DNA of 64,000 bases from Octopus sinensis (lineage: Eukaryota). Below, piece by piece: positions 53,165 to 64,000 of the stretch. Every line of letters begins with the position of its first letter. Within the stretch, counting starts at the first letter, position 1. Under the pieces are notes generated by a model that was not told the DNA's origin, searched no databases, and saw nothing but the letters and a program-made list of their open reading frames with translations. The position numbers and the translations under genes were made by a program. Location of the stretch: assembly GCF_006345805.1 (NCBI RefSeq), contig NC_042997.1:70804001-70868000 (forward strand). Direction: 5' to 3'.

Positions 53165-53275
53165 AATGAAGGAAGGAGGGAAGGAAGGAAGGAAGGAAGG
53201 AAGGAAGGAAGGAAAGAAGGAAGGAAGGAAGGAAGGAAGGAAGGAAGGAAGGAAGGAAGACAGGAAGGAAGGAAG
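53165..53275. repeat. (GGAA)n microsatellite
   Basis: Directly visible. Confidence 0.9.
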
Positions 53276-54076
53276 GGATATGAGGCATAGACAAAACGAG
53301 AGACGGGTATACATATATGGCGTATACATTTACACTCTAATAATGGCTGAAATGAATCACTGATATTGCCTGGTTTTTTAAAACTATATAAACTTATTAA
53401 CCCACTTGTACTCTGAAAACTGACAGCAAATACATTTATCCTGTATGATAGTTATGAAAACTTTAAGATGATAAATTTAAGAATAGAATACATTGTATAT
53501 TTTTAGAAAGAGATATTTACGCATGTACGAAATTTGCAGTAATGTAACTTGTTAATAAAAATATGACATATTTCATTTGAATTATACAGTCGATCCTATA
53601 CACTGAATTTAGTAAATTGCTCAAGAGATAGATATCACGAATTAAACAAACACTAAAATGCTTCATTGCTCACCAGAAACAGCTGATCCAAAGTCAAAGA
53701 TTTCTGAAGTTCAATAACGCCACAATCAGACTGAAGAATAAGCCGCTTTATGAAGAGCTTGTATGAAGAAGCGGATGTCAGGAACGAGCTTCATTATTGA
53801 CCTTTTTTTCCTTGCATCGACAATATACACTCACATACATGCATATTGGCTTACACACATACAGAGGCTCACTCATACATACACACACGAAGGGATTAAT
53901 TTGAAGCTATTCCCTTCGAGTGACAATAAATATATTGATAAACAACGTCATTTATTATGTGATTATAATGTTAGACATATAGATAGATACATGGACAGAC
54001 AAACTGACGCGCAGACATACAGACTGACGTACTTATAAATGGATAAACAAACTGTCAGACAGACAGTTAGTTAGGC

Positions 54077-54138
<62 letters not shown>

Positions 54139-54224
54139 TTAATTTTTGTGGTTACTTGAGAAAATTAGAAATATAATCAAAGCACCATGGAAACTTGCAA
54201 AATAACAGATTTGCAGAATGCTAT

Positions 54225-54505
54225 AAATATTCTTTTCTACTCTAGGCACAAAGCCCGAAATTTTTGGGGAAGGGGGAGGCCAGTTCTTTAGATCGACCTT
54301 ATTTCGCAACTTGTACTTAATATATCAACCCCTAAAGGATGAAATGCAAAGTCGACCTCGGCGGAATTTGAACTCAGAACGTAGAAGCAGACGAAAGAAG
54401 GCTATAAATATTCTTTTCTACTCTAGGCACAAGGCACGAAATGTTTTTCGTTGAAGAGGCATTTGATTAGCTCGACCCCAGTACGCAAGTGGTACTTAAT
54501 TCGTC
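54225..54505 (-). mobile_element. Two tandem copies of the tRNA-derived SINE
   Basis: gctataaatattcttttctactctaggcacaa appears twice (about 54221 and 54401), each followed by SINE body sequence. Confidence 0.75.
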
Positions 54506-55224
54506 AGTGTATCTACATACGGATTTGTTTCTAATTTTTTATGTTTATATATATTTTGTATATGTGTATATACGCTCCATAATACACATGGTTTAGTAAT
54601 TCAACGGCAAAGCGTTTACACTGAATATGAAAACTTAATCCCAAAATGTTCGCGTCGTTCTGTTTTTTTTTAAAGATTCCTTAATTAACTAATAACTTTT
54701 AAGAAATTCTTTCTTCAAATATGTTTGTTTGTATGTGTGTATATGAGATATATTTTATGTTTTAGCTCCAGTCAGCCAGCTAGCTGTGACTACAATTATT
54801 ACAGATAGTGTACCTGGTACCATATTATTTAATGAATTATTCTCGTCGTTGATTTGGCTAGTTGCATTACAACTGGTTGGGATGACTACATATAGCTTCA
54901 AAAGCTGGTCCATTAAGGTAGATAGATGGACAGACTGATGTGAAGTATCTGTGGTGAGAGCAATTTCGGGCAAGAAAAATAATGCAAAATGAAACTTTTA
55001 GGGACAAGAGTGAGACGTAGGACTGTATATGTGTGCATACACCTCTATGTATATATAGGTGCCTATGACTGTGTATTTTTGTTTTTGTGTGTGTATAAGT
55101 ATGTGTGTGACTGTGTTTTGTGTGTTGTGTATGTATGTGTGTGTGTGACTGTGTTTTGTGTGTTGTGTATATATGTGTGTGTGACTGTGTTTTCTGTGTT
55201 GTGTATGTGTGTGTGTGTGTATGT

Positions 55225-55318
<94 letters not shown>

Positions 55319-55367
55319 TTCGTGAGAGTGGAGGAGTGTCAATAAGTGCGTGCGTGTATGTGTGAGC

Positions 55368-55419
<52 letters not shown>

Positions 55420-56859
55420 TGGTGAGTGCGTGTATGTGGATATGTGTGTGTGCATGTGAGCGCGCGTGCATATGTGCTATAGAGAGATTGTATGGGATAC
55501 AAAAACTCAGGGGATCTGGGGAAATAGTTAAATGTGAGAAGAGAGAGTGTGAGAGAGTATTTGAAATTTAAGGAAGGAAAACAACAAAGGGAAAGAGTGA
55601 GGAAAGGCAAAACAGAAGAAGGGCAAGAAAGAACAAGAGGGGAGAAAGTAAAATATGGTGAGAGAGAGAGAGAGAAAGAGAGAGTTTGAAATTCAAGATG
55701 AGGAATAAAATAACAAGAAGCGTGAATGTAAGAGAGATAAACAAGAAAAGAATGAGAAGTTTAGATAAAGGAGGAAGAAAGAAGGAAAGAAAGAAAGAAA
55801 GTGTGAGAGAGAAAGAAAGTAGTTATGAGAAAGGAAGATAGATATAAAAATATATGTATGTATGTATGTATGTATAGTGAAGGAGCGAAGGATGTGATGA
55901 AAGAATGAAAATGTGATGAAAGAAAAGAAGGAAGATACATACCTACATGTATGTATGTATGTATGTATGTATGTATGTATGTATGTATGTATGTATGTAT
56001 GTATGTATGTATGCATGCATGTATGTATGTATGTATGCATGTATGTATGTATGTATGTATGTATATGCGTGAGTATGTATAGTGAAAGAGCGAAGGATGT
56101 GATGAAAGAAAGAAAATGAGTAAGAGATATGCAGTTGGTAGATATTACAAAAATTGTGGTTAAAGTAAGAGGTAATAGAATGATGAAATTAGAGCGAGAT
56201 AAATACAGATATAAATTCAAAGGGCGTAAAAGAAAACGTAGGAGGAGTGGCGAAATAAGATATTCTGAAAAGAAAGAGGAGGATAAAAGCAAACATCAAA
56301 TGGAGAGAAAAAGAATCGTTAATAATTTTTAAAACAATGTAAAATGATCTCTATTCTAGCCCCAGAAAAAGAAAATCTCATGTTTCAAATCGTTGAAATA
56401 ATACACCCTTCAGCGTGACAACTAAGGCTAAAATCTTGTCAGCTCTACCACGTGCTGTATTCAAAATAAATTGCTGATGTCTCTGCAATATATCTTTCAA
56501 AGTAACGTCAACATCCTATATGTTCTCCCACGTCGACTTAGTTATAAAACAAAGATGTCACTATGATAGCAAAACTAACCACAAGACCTCACTGACCAGT
56601 GGCAGCCAATATGCTCTCACCTAGAAAACACTTTAAATTTCTTTTAAATTATTTCCAGTCTTCTCCAGATATCTGGTGATGTGGGCGTATCATGTATCGA
56701 AGAAATTTTAGGCAGTGTGGGACTCAGTGAAAGACTACTATATACAGGTAACTCCAACGTTATACACACGCACACTCAAACACACACACTCACACATTCA
56801 CTCAAACACACACACTCACAAATATATATATTACACATATATATATATCTATGTGTATG

Positions 56860-56894
<35 letters not shown>

Positions 56895-57627
56895 ATGTTT
56901 GTGTATATATATATATATATATATATACACATACACATTGAAATACTCTGAGAAATTTGCGCCTAAATACAAGACATGTTCCCTTCCTAAAGGTTTGGGC
57001 CCGGAAGATGTTTCACCGCCCACTCTTCTGTTCAACGAGGTCTGATACGCCTTTTAAAATTACACCCTATAGAAAGGAACACAGAAAACATAACAATTAT
57101 TTTATGTTTAAATAAAATATACGTGTTTCTGAAAACCGGTCAGAGTTAATTGCACATGCTATATTGTGCAACACAATGCAACCGGTCACTTTGTCAGCTT
57201 TATTGGTAAAATACAACACAAGAAAAGATGTAGGTCTTTGTATGCACCAGTATGTAAATAAACAAGTTACGTAATTATTGGTAGAAGAGAAAAGATGAAG
57301 AAGAACGTGAGTCAGTGTCTCAGTTGAGAACGGGTGTTTTACGCAAAAGAGAAGGGAAACTATCCAGGTTACGGCGCAAACAACGCGCTGTGAGTGACCC
57401 GCAATCACACATATCCTCGCATTAGCACGCATGCACATATATAGCGGGAGGGATAGTGGAAAGAAGATTATATTTGCAAGCAGCGTTATATCAATTGGAA
57501 AAACAATAGTAAAATAAAAGTAGTCTCAATATCATATAACATGATGATGATGATGAGGAGGATGTTGGTGATGGCGGTGGTGGTGGTGGTGGTGATGATG
57601 ATGATGGTGATGATGATGATGATAATA

Positions 57628-57678
<51 letters not shown>

Positions 57679-58424
57679 TAATAATAATAATAAGAATTTC
57701 TTTTATTGGCCACAAGGGCCCAAGACATAGAGAACAATAACGAAGGACGAGTTACAGCACAAAAAATGTTACAAAAACATGTGGGGTCAACATCAATCAA
57801 GTGGAGATACTACCACATTAAAGGCTACAGCAGAGTATATATAATAGAAGGTAGAGGAATAAATAATAAATAAATAGAATCCCCAAGAGAGGAACGGTCC
57901 ACTTAGTGTAATCCGGGGTAATCCCACATATAAGTCCCGGATTGCTCTGCCATCTCCAAGGTATGTGAAAGTGCCCTCTTCCAGTTACTTTCCTTCTGCT
58001 TAGAAAGTCATATTCAGAGCAGATCCTTTCAGTCCTACCAGTCTTGCCACTGTCGACTACCGTTGATAAACTAACTAGAAGGCGGCACCTCCCTCTCTAC
58101 CCTCACCTTCCTCTCCTAACTGGGCTTGGCCGGATAAGAATGTGTTTGTCATGAAACCTTTCAGACGGCTTCACCACACAGCCTCTTTTACCACAGCCAC
58201 TAAGCAAAGCAAGATCTGCCTTCCTTCTCTGACAAGGGAAGGTGGTGCGTCGATCTTCACTGTGCACTCGACTGAAAGCTGAATGCGTCTTTCTATTATA
58301 GGCACAATGTCTGAAATGTTGGGGGAGGTGATAAGTTGATTACATCGACTCCAGTGCGTAACTGGTACTTATTTCATCGACTCCGAAAGGATTAGAGGCA
58401 CACACACATATATATATATATTTT

Positions 58425-58758
58425 GAAACCCCTTTGGTTACCACATAGACCATGGGATTGCACCTAGAAAGTTACCCTCCCAGGCACAAATTCGGGCAAG
58501 GTTGGTTATGGAAGACCAGTAGTCTCCCATGCATACCGGCCACCCCTCTCCACGTTACTAGTGTTATCCAAGGGAAAGGAAACAACAGATACAGCTTGGT
58601 ACCTGTGACGTCGTAACTAATTTCTACGGCTGAGTGAACTGGACCAACGTGAAATAAAGTGTCTTGCTTAAGGACACAACACGCTATCCGGTCCGGGATT
58701 CGAGCGCACAACCTCACGATCGTAAGCTCGACGCTCTAACCACTGAGTCATGCGCCTT
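58425..58758 (-). mobile_element. tRNA-derived SINE with CORE-like central segment
   Basis: Minus head GGCGCATGACTCAGTGGTTAGAGCG...CTCGAATCCCGG, then TTGTGTCCTTAAGCAAGACACTT, which resembles the CORE motif TGTGTCCTTGGGCAAGACACTT. Confidence 0.7.
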
Positions 58759-58762
58759 CACT

Positions 58763-58875
<113 letters not shown>

Positions 58876-59069
58876 ATATATATATATATATGTGTGTGTG
58901 TGTATATATATATCTGCTTCCGGCACAAGTTCCGCATAGCCCCTGCCTATTCAAAGTACCTTGGATCCCAGAACATCTCGCTGTGCTTGAGGAGACCTGT
59001 TGAGTCAAGTGCATGTGCATGTACATGAACATCGAAACAAATATCAATGGAAATAGTAGTTGTGATACC

Positions 59070-59324
59070 TGTGCCGGTGGAACATAAAAAGCACCATCCG
59101 ACCGTGGCCGATGCCAGCGCCGCCTCGACTGGCTTCTGTGCCGGTGGCACATAAAAAGCACCATCCGAACGTGGCCGATGCCAGCGCCGCCTTGGCTGGC
59201 TTCCGTGCCAGTGGCACGTTAAAAGCACCAACCGATCGTGGCCGATGCCAGACCTCCCTGGCTGCTGTGCCGGTGGCACGTAAAAAGCACCCACTACACT
59301 CGCGGAGGGGTTGGCGTTAGGAAA
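59070..59324 (+). repeat. About 3.4 tandem units of a 62-67 bp GC-rich repeat within an interspersed element
   Basis: tgtgccggtggcac.taaaaagcacc.. starts at 59070, 59137, 59204 and 59266. Confidence 0.85.
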
Positions 59325-59990
59325 GATATCAAAACATCAAGGGAAACAACTCGAAACCCCATACCTAATCTACAAATACCACCCTATATATCGATGCATA
59401 ACCCTAGAAACAATGAGGCATACAGCACGATTATGGAAAATCTACCTATGCTTACTAGCGACGCAAAGATGAAAACATATTACAAACAAACAATTTCATC
59501 GAAAGTAAAAAAAGGAAACCTAAATCACAAAAAAGAATACGGACGAATGTGAGGTTATACCCAACAACATCGGAACAAATAGTGAAAGGATGCGGGTGTC
59601 CAAATTGTGGAACATACCCCAACCAACTGGAAGGTTTGGAATTCCACTGCAAACAAGGACAGAGATTCACAATTACTATTAATTTCACTTTTGCACACGA
59701 TAATTTCATTTATGTGAAAACTTGGTCAGGATGTGGACACAACTATACATGTCAAGCAATGAGATATCTTAGACGTCTCACAAGATATACAAGGATATCA
59801 TTGAGCTAAAACGTAGTGAGATGTGCAGAGAACCCATAACCAAACTTCACAGTTATCCCCGTCTACCAGTGCAAGGAAACAAGCTCTAAACAACAACAAT
59901 TAAATAAAGAAAATGTATTTATTGAAAAATACAAACAGCGCCTGAATATGAACATGCACCCAACATAGACTAAAAGCTCCTTAAGATAAT
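59325..59990 (+). mobile_element. Degenerate Penelope-like linker plus GIY-YIG remnant
   Basis: PYISMHNPRNNEAY...GCGCPNCGTYPNQLEG..F..GQRFTI..NFTF..DNFIYV..CGHNY; homologous to 60590-61510. Confidence 0.75.
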
Positions 59991-60209
59991 ACGAAATTGC
60001 AATGTTTTTGCCAATTTCCAAGTTATGATTAGCAAAACACGATACCGGTACACTATATAAATATTCTATATACATAAATTTTGTGTATTTGCCTGTTTTA
60101 TTGGGTAATTTTTTTACTACAACTCACCACGTGGGTAAAAATCTCTTCAACGAAACTCTACGCTACACACGCACACATATATGTATCATGTATGTATGTA
60201 AATATATAT

Positions 60210-60256
<47 letters not shown>

Positions 60257-60269
60257 ATATATATATATA

Positions 60270-61800
60270 TATGTGACCTCGTGAGTACCGTTGGCGATTT
60301 TTTTTCCTCTGTCTTCCCTTCTCGGGATCTTTCCTTCTATGTTTCCGACGAAACGTTAAACCCTCCTTCTTCCCTTCTTTCCTGAGCGTCCGATAATGCT
60401 ATATTTGTTCCACGTCCTCGCGTTGTTGTGTTTTTTTGTGTTTTTTTTGTGTTTTCTTGTTTGGATTAACTTTATATATATATATGAATGGTGGTATTGT
60501 TGCCCCCGATTGTTGTATGTGTGTGTGGGAATCTATGGTTGTTTTTGTTTGTGATGTGTGTAAAATTTCTGTATGTGAAATATTTCTGGAATGAAAACAC
60601 AGATAAACTCCTAAAATTTAAAAACCTATTGAACAGCATAAACCCAAATATACAGTTCGCAATGGAATACAACAAAAAGGAGCTCCCATTCTTGGATATA
60701 CTAATTAAAAAAATTAACCTTAAAATAGAAACAGACATTTTTTACAAAGCTACAGACGCCGAACAATATCTTCTTTTTGATTCATGCCACCCAAGACACA
60801 CTAAAACAAACTTCCCCTTCAACCTTGCAAGATGGATATGCACAATAGTGTCAGAACAAAATACCAGGAACTTTAGACAGCAAGAACTCAAAAACACCTT
60901 AATTGACAGACATTACCCAGCTCAACTCATAGAGGATGGGATCAGACGTGCAACAGAAATCAACATAGAAACTTTAAGAAAAGTTCAACACAACAACACA
61001 CCTTCCCCGATAATACTACCTTACATATCCACATACAACCCCAGAAACAAAGAAGCCTTCACCATCATCACCCAGAATTTACCAATACTTCATAAGGACC
61101 CCAAATTAAAGGAAATTCTAAACATACATCAAATCATTAAAAGCTACAAACAACCTAAATCACTTAAAAAGATTCTCACAAAGGCAAAATTGTTTTCTGA
61201 AATTACGGATGCAAAAGTAAAAAAATGTGGTAGACCGAACTGTGCAACATGTCCAAACCTGCTAGAAGGATCAGAATTCCTCTTCAAAGAGGGACAGAAA
61301 CTCAAGATCAAATCTAATTTTACTTGTGCCTCTGAAAACATAATTTATGTAATAAAATGCTTGGGCTGCCACCAAGACTACGTGGGATCCACGGGACTAT
61401 CACTCAGACGTAGATGCACACTGCATCGACAACAGATTGCATTACCAGAATACAGAATGATACCCTTTAGTGAGCACATTGAGAAATGCGCAAAGCAACT
61501 ACTACCATAATTTTTAATCTTTCCATTCTACCATTGTGCTATCGGAACACCAACTAAACAAGGAAACATTCTTCATTGAAAAATACAAGCCCAAACTTAA
61601 CCATTCCAACATACTTATACAGAGAAACTCAATCCAAAAGAAAGGCAAACCATTGGGAGTGAAAGATTCCTAGCCTTTGTTAGTGCATCCTTCTAGGAGA
61701 AGGTAACTCAGGTAACTGGGATAACTCCGACATAAAACCTGCGGTCCAGTGGTTACCGATGATGTTGACTTGTTCTTCTTTTCGGATTATGGCTGCTGTT
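60270..61800 (+). mobile_element. Penelope-like element: terminal-repeat segment, RT C-terminus and GIY-YIG, 5'-truncated and frameshifted
   Basis: ORF 60488-61510, element-derived from about 60590: LNSINPNIQFAMEYNKKELPFLDILI...FYKATD..QYLLFDSCHPRH...IIYVIKCLGCHQDYVGSTG..LRRRC..HRQQI. The C-terminal ETFFIEKYKPKLN lies in another frame. Confidence 0.88.
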
Positions 61801-62292
61801 GCTTAGTGAGTGGGTCAGTGCACAGCCTTTCCTCACTTTAAAAAAAATCTTCTTACACAGGCATTGCACGATAACAACATTGATTAAGCTTCGTGCAATG
61901 GCCATAATCGATAACGAGGGGACAGCCACCTCTTACATATATACGTTACCTCATCATTCATCAGTCATTTGTTTGTACTTAAAAATCGTTTCTTGAAATC
62001 GGAGAATAAAGTATTATTAGGTTGGTGCATAATTATTGCTGCTTATTTCAACTAATTTTATTCAGCAAAAACAATAACAACACGTAACAAAAACATCTTT
62101 AAATGAATATTCCGGAGCATATTCACCATCTACTTCAATTACTGCTTCCCATTTGCTTGGCAGACGGTCAGACCATCATTTGAAGATGTTTTTATTAAAT
62201 ACTGTTATTGCTTTTGTTGAATAAAATTTGTTGAATAAAATCCGCAATAATTATGCACCAGCCCAATATTATGATATATTATTGTATAGCTA

Positions 62293-63530
62293 TCTATTAT
62301 ATAAAAGTCAATGTCAGTGTGTTCGTGTGTTTGTGTGTTACTTATAGACTCTAAAACTCCTGGATCGAGTCTAATGAAATTTAGAACACAAAATCCAAGC
62401 CTAGGGAGAAGGGTAATGCCGAATGTTTCATACAATTTTGAGGACGCATGAGTGGTTGGCAGAATTCCCGTGAAAATTTATATGCTTCGGATTTTTATGA
62501 AATTTGAACCATAGGTATTAGAAATAAAATTTAAATGTACCCAAAATTTCCATTTCTTTGGATGATACTAAGATTCCCTAATGGGGGCTTAACGCACAAG
62601 TTTTAGTCATTTTTCATGGACCAAAATTACTGAATGGCTCCTTATGTTTGGAACTTAGATCTAATGCATAAGGGCGGGCGTAATTCAGTGTGTTTGGTTT
62701 AAATTTGAGTGGGTTTAAAGAGGGAAGAACACCCCATGAAAATTCATAACTTACCGATGTTGCTGAAATTTCAACTATAGGTAATTGACACAAATCAATA
62801 TGCATTCCCAAAGTTTCCGCTTCTCATGAGGATTCTAAGACCCGCTAATGGGGGACTTAGCTTCCAAATTTTAGCCATTTTTTAATGATCCAAAACAAGG
62901 TTAAAGTATTGAATGGATCTTTATGAAATTTGAGAATAATATTCTATGCATAAGGGCGGGTGTAATGCAGTTTTTGTATGAAAATAAAGGGGCATAAAAG
63001 AGGCCCTAAGAAAATAACCCCCAAGAAAATTTATGTTTTTGCTGTTGATGAAATTTTAACCATAGATATTACACACAAATGAAGTAATATTCCTAAAACT
63101 TCAACGTCTTAGGAGGTTAGTAAAATCCCTTAATGATGGCTTAACCCCCCACAATTTAGTCATTTTTCCTAAGCCAAGGCGAATACAATTGTAGTCTTGG
63201 AAGCTGTAGAGTTACCCCAGGATATAAGATGACCGTTATTTGTAATACGATGGTACAACAGTGTAATAGTTTGCTTTGAGATATACTTAGCTTGTAATTT
63301 CTGGAATTTAGTGCGTAAATTGTTAAGTAAAGGAGAGGCATCATTTTTATAAGATTCGGATTTTGGAATATGGACATAAAGATGAGTAATATGGATAAAT
63401 ATATCGTAATTAGAATTTTTGTTAATCTCCAAATTTGATGAAATTCGAATCATAGGTAGTCCACTTCATTAAAGAAAAAGTATAAAAGAAAAGTCTAATT
63501 CTTCAATTCCATATGACACGGGCAACGCTA

Positions 63531-63531
<1 letters not shown>
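62293..63531 (+). mobile_element. Complete non-autonomous Helitron (1,239 bp)
   Basis: 5' A|TCTATTATATAAAAG at 62292/62293 and 3' cacgggcaacgCTAG|T at 63531/63532 give TC..CTAG termini inserted between A and T with no TSD. No coding capacity. Confidence 0.8.
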
Positions 63532-63564
<33 letters not shown>

Positions 63565-63757
63565 TATATATATACTAAGCAATATATATATATATAGCAT
63601 ATATGTCTGAAAATTTTGTGCATATCAACTCAATATATCTATTCACAAAAGTTTCTGAAAAGTTCGAAACTCGAGTACTAGGTTGTCCATTTCTCTGCCA
63701 TTTTCTAGAGGTAAGACGAATGTTTTTATAATCGCTGCCCGCACACATCTTGCCTCT

Positions 63758-63881
63758 ATAGTGGCACAACAAGGTACCAATTTTTGCTGGAAATGGCAGT
63801 CGATAATCATTCGACGCTAGGTAAAGTTTCACTGAATCGACTGCTATTTTCAGCAAAAATTGGTATCTTTTGTGCCACTAT
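63758..63881. mobile_element. 124-bp MITE-like hairpin with about 47-bp TIRs
   Basis: atagtggcacaacaaggtaccaatttttgctggaaatggcagtcgat versus atcgactgctattttcagcaaaaattggtatcttttgtgccactat. Confidence 0.7.
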
Positions 63882-63888
63882 TACCTAT

Positions 63889-63972
<84 letters not shown>

Positions 63973-64000
63973 TATATATATAATGTATATGTCCTAAATC

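Noticed and set aside
56129-56332. Plus-strand ORF containing KGRKRKRRR, reminiscent of the Lhx2/9 basic linker
   Set aside because: Wrong strand for the gene, and it arises from purine-rich low-complexity sequence.
57097-57470. Unique, relatively GC-rich segment and a 113-aa minus-strand ORF as an exon or enhancer
   Set aside because: No recognisable protein motif or convincing splice pair. A regulatory role cannot be supported without cross-species conservation or chromatin data.
47160-58758. tRNA-like sequences at about 47160-47237, 50956-51025 and 58690-58758 as tRNA genes
   Set aside because: A and B boxes are present, but acceptor stems do not pair and each continues into repeat body or tail sequence, so they are SINE heads.
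59070-59324. CRISPR-like array
   Set aside because: The units are contiguous tandem copies with no unique spacers, in eukaryotic repeat context with no cas genes.

Overview
AT-rich, microsatellite-saturated animal genomic DNA. The SINE and Penelope repertoire looks like a coleoid cephalopod (octopus); this is recognition from memory, not a database match. The only host gene I can support is a LIM-homeobox gene of the Lhx2/9 (apterous) class on the minus strand. Its homeobox exon (52301-52512, ...KRMRTSFKHHQLRTLKSYFALNHNPDTKDLKQLAQKTGLNKRVLQ) splices in phase 0 across a 43,369-bp intron to the last coding exon (8587-8931, VWFQNARAKYRR...stop). The LIM-domain exons were not found and probably lie beyond 64000. 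The rest is transposon debris: five Penelope-like (GIY-YIG) remnants, including one 4.1-kb copy with an inverted terminal duplication, a target-site duplication, a hammerhead-like motif and three R4/Dong-type LINE ends nested in its (AAT)n linker; CR1-like and RLE-LINE RT remnants; maT (DD37D), mariner, pogo and Merlin remnants; a Helitron Rep remnant and a complete non-autonomous Helitron; MITEs; and many tRNA-derived SINEs. Most notable: (i) two of the three departures from the Lhx2/9 homeodomain consensus in this exon (as I recall the consensus) can each be reverted by one A-to-G change, a testable RNA-editing hypothesis; (ii) the intron carries many inverted repeats, including fold-back copies of transposase 5' ends, which would form dsRNA in the pre-mRNA. 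Most ORFs in the supplied track are microsatellite artefacts. I found no CRISPR array, rRNA gene or genuine tRNA gene.
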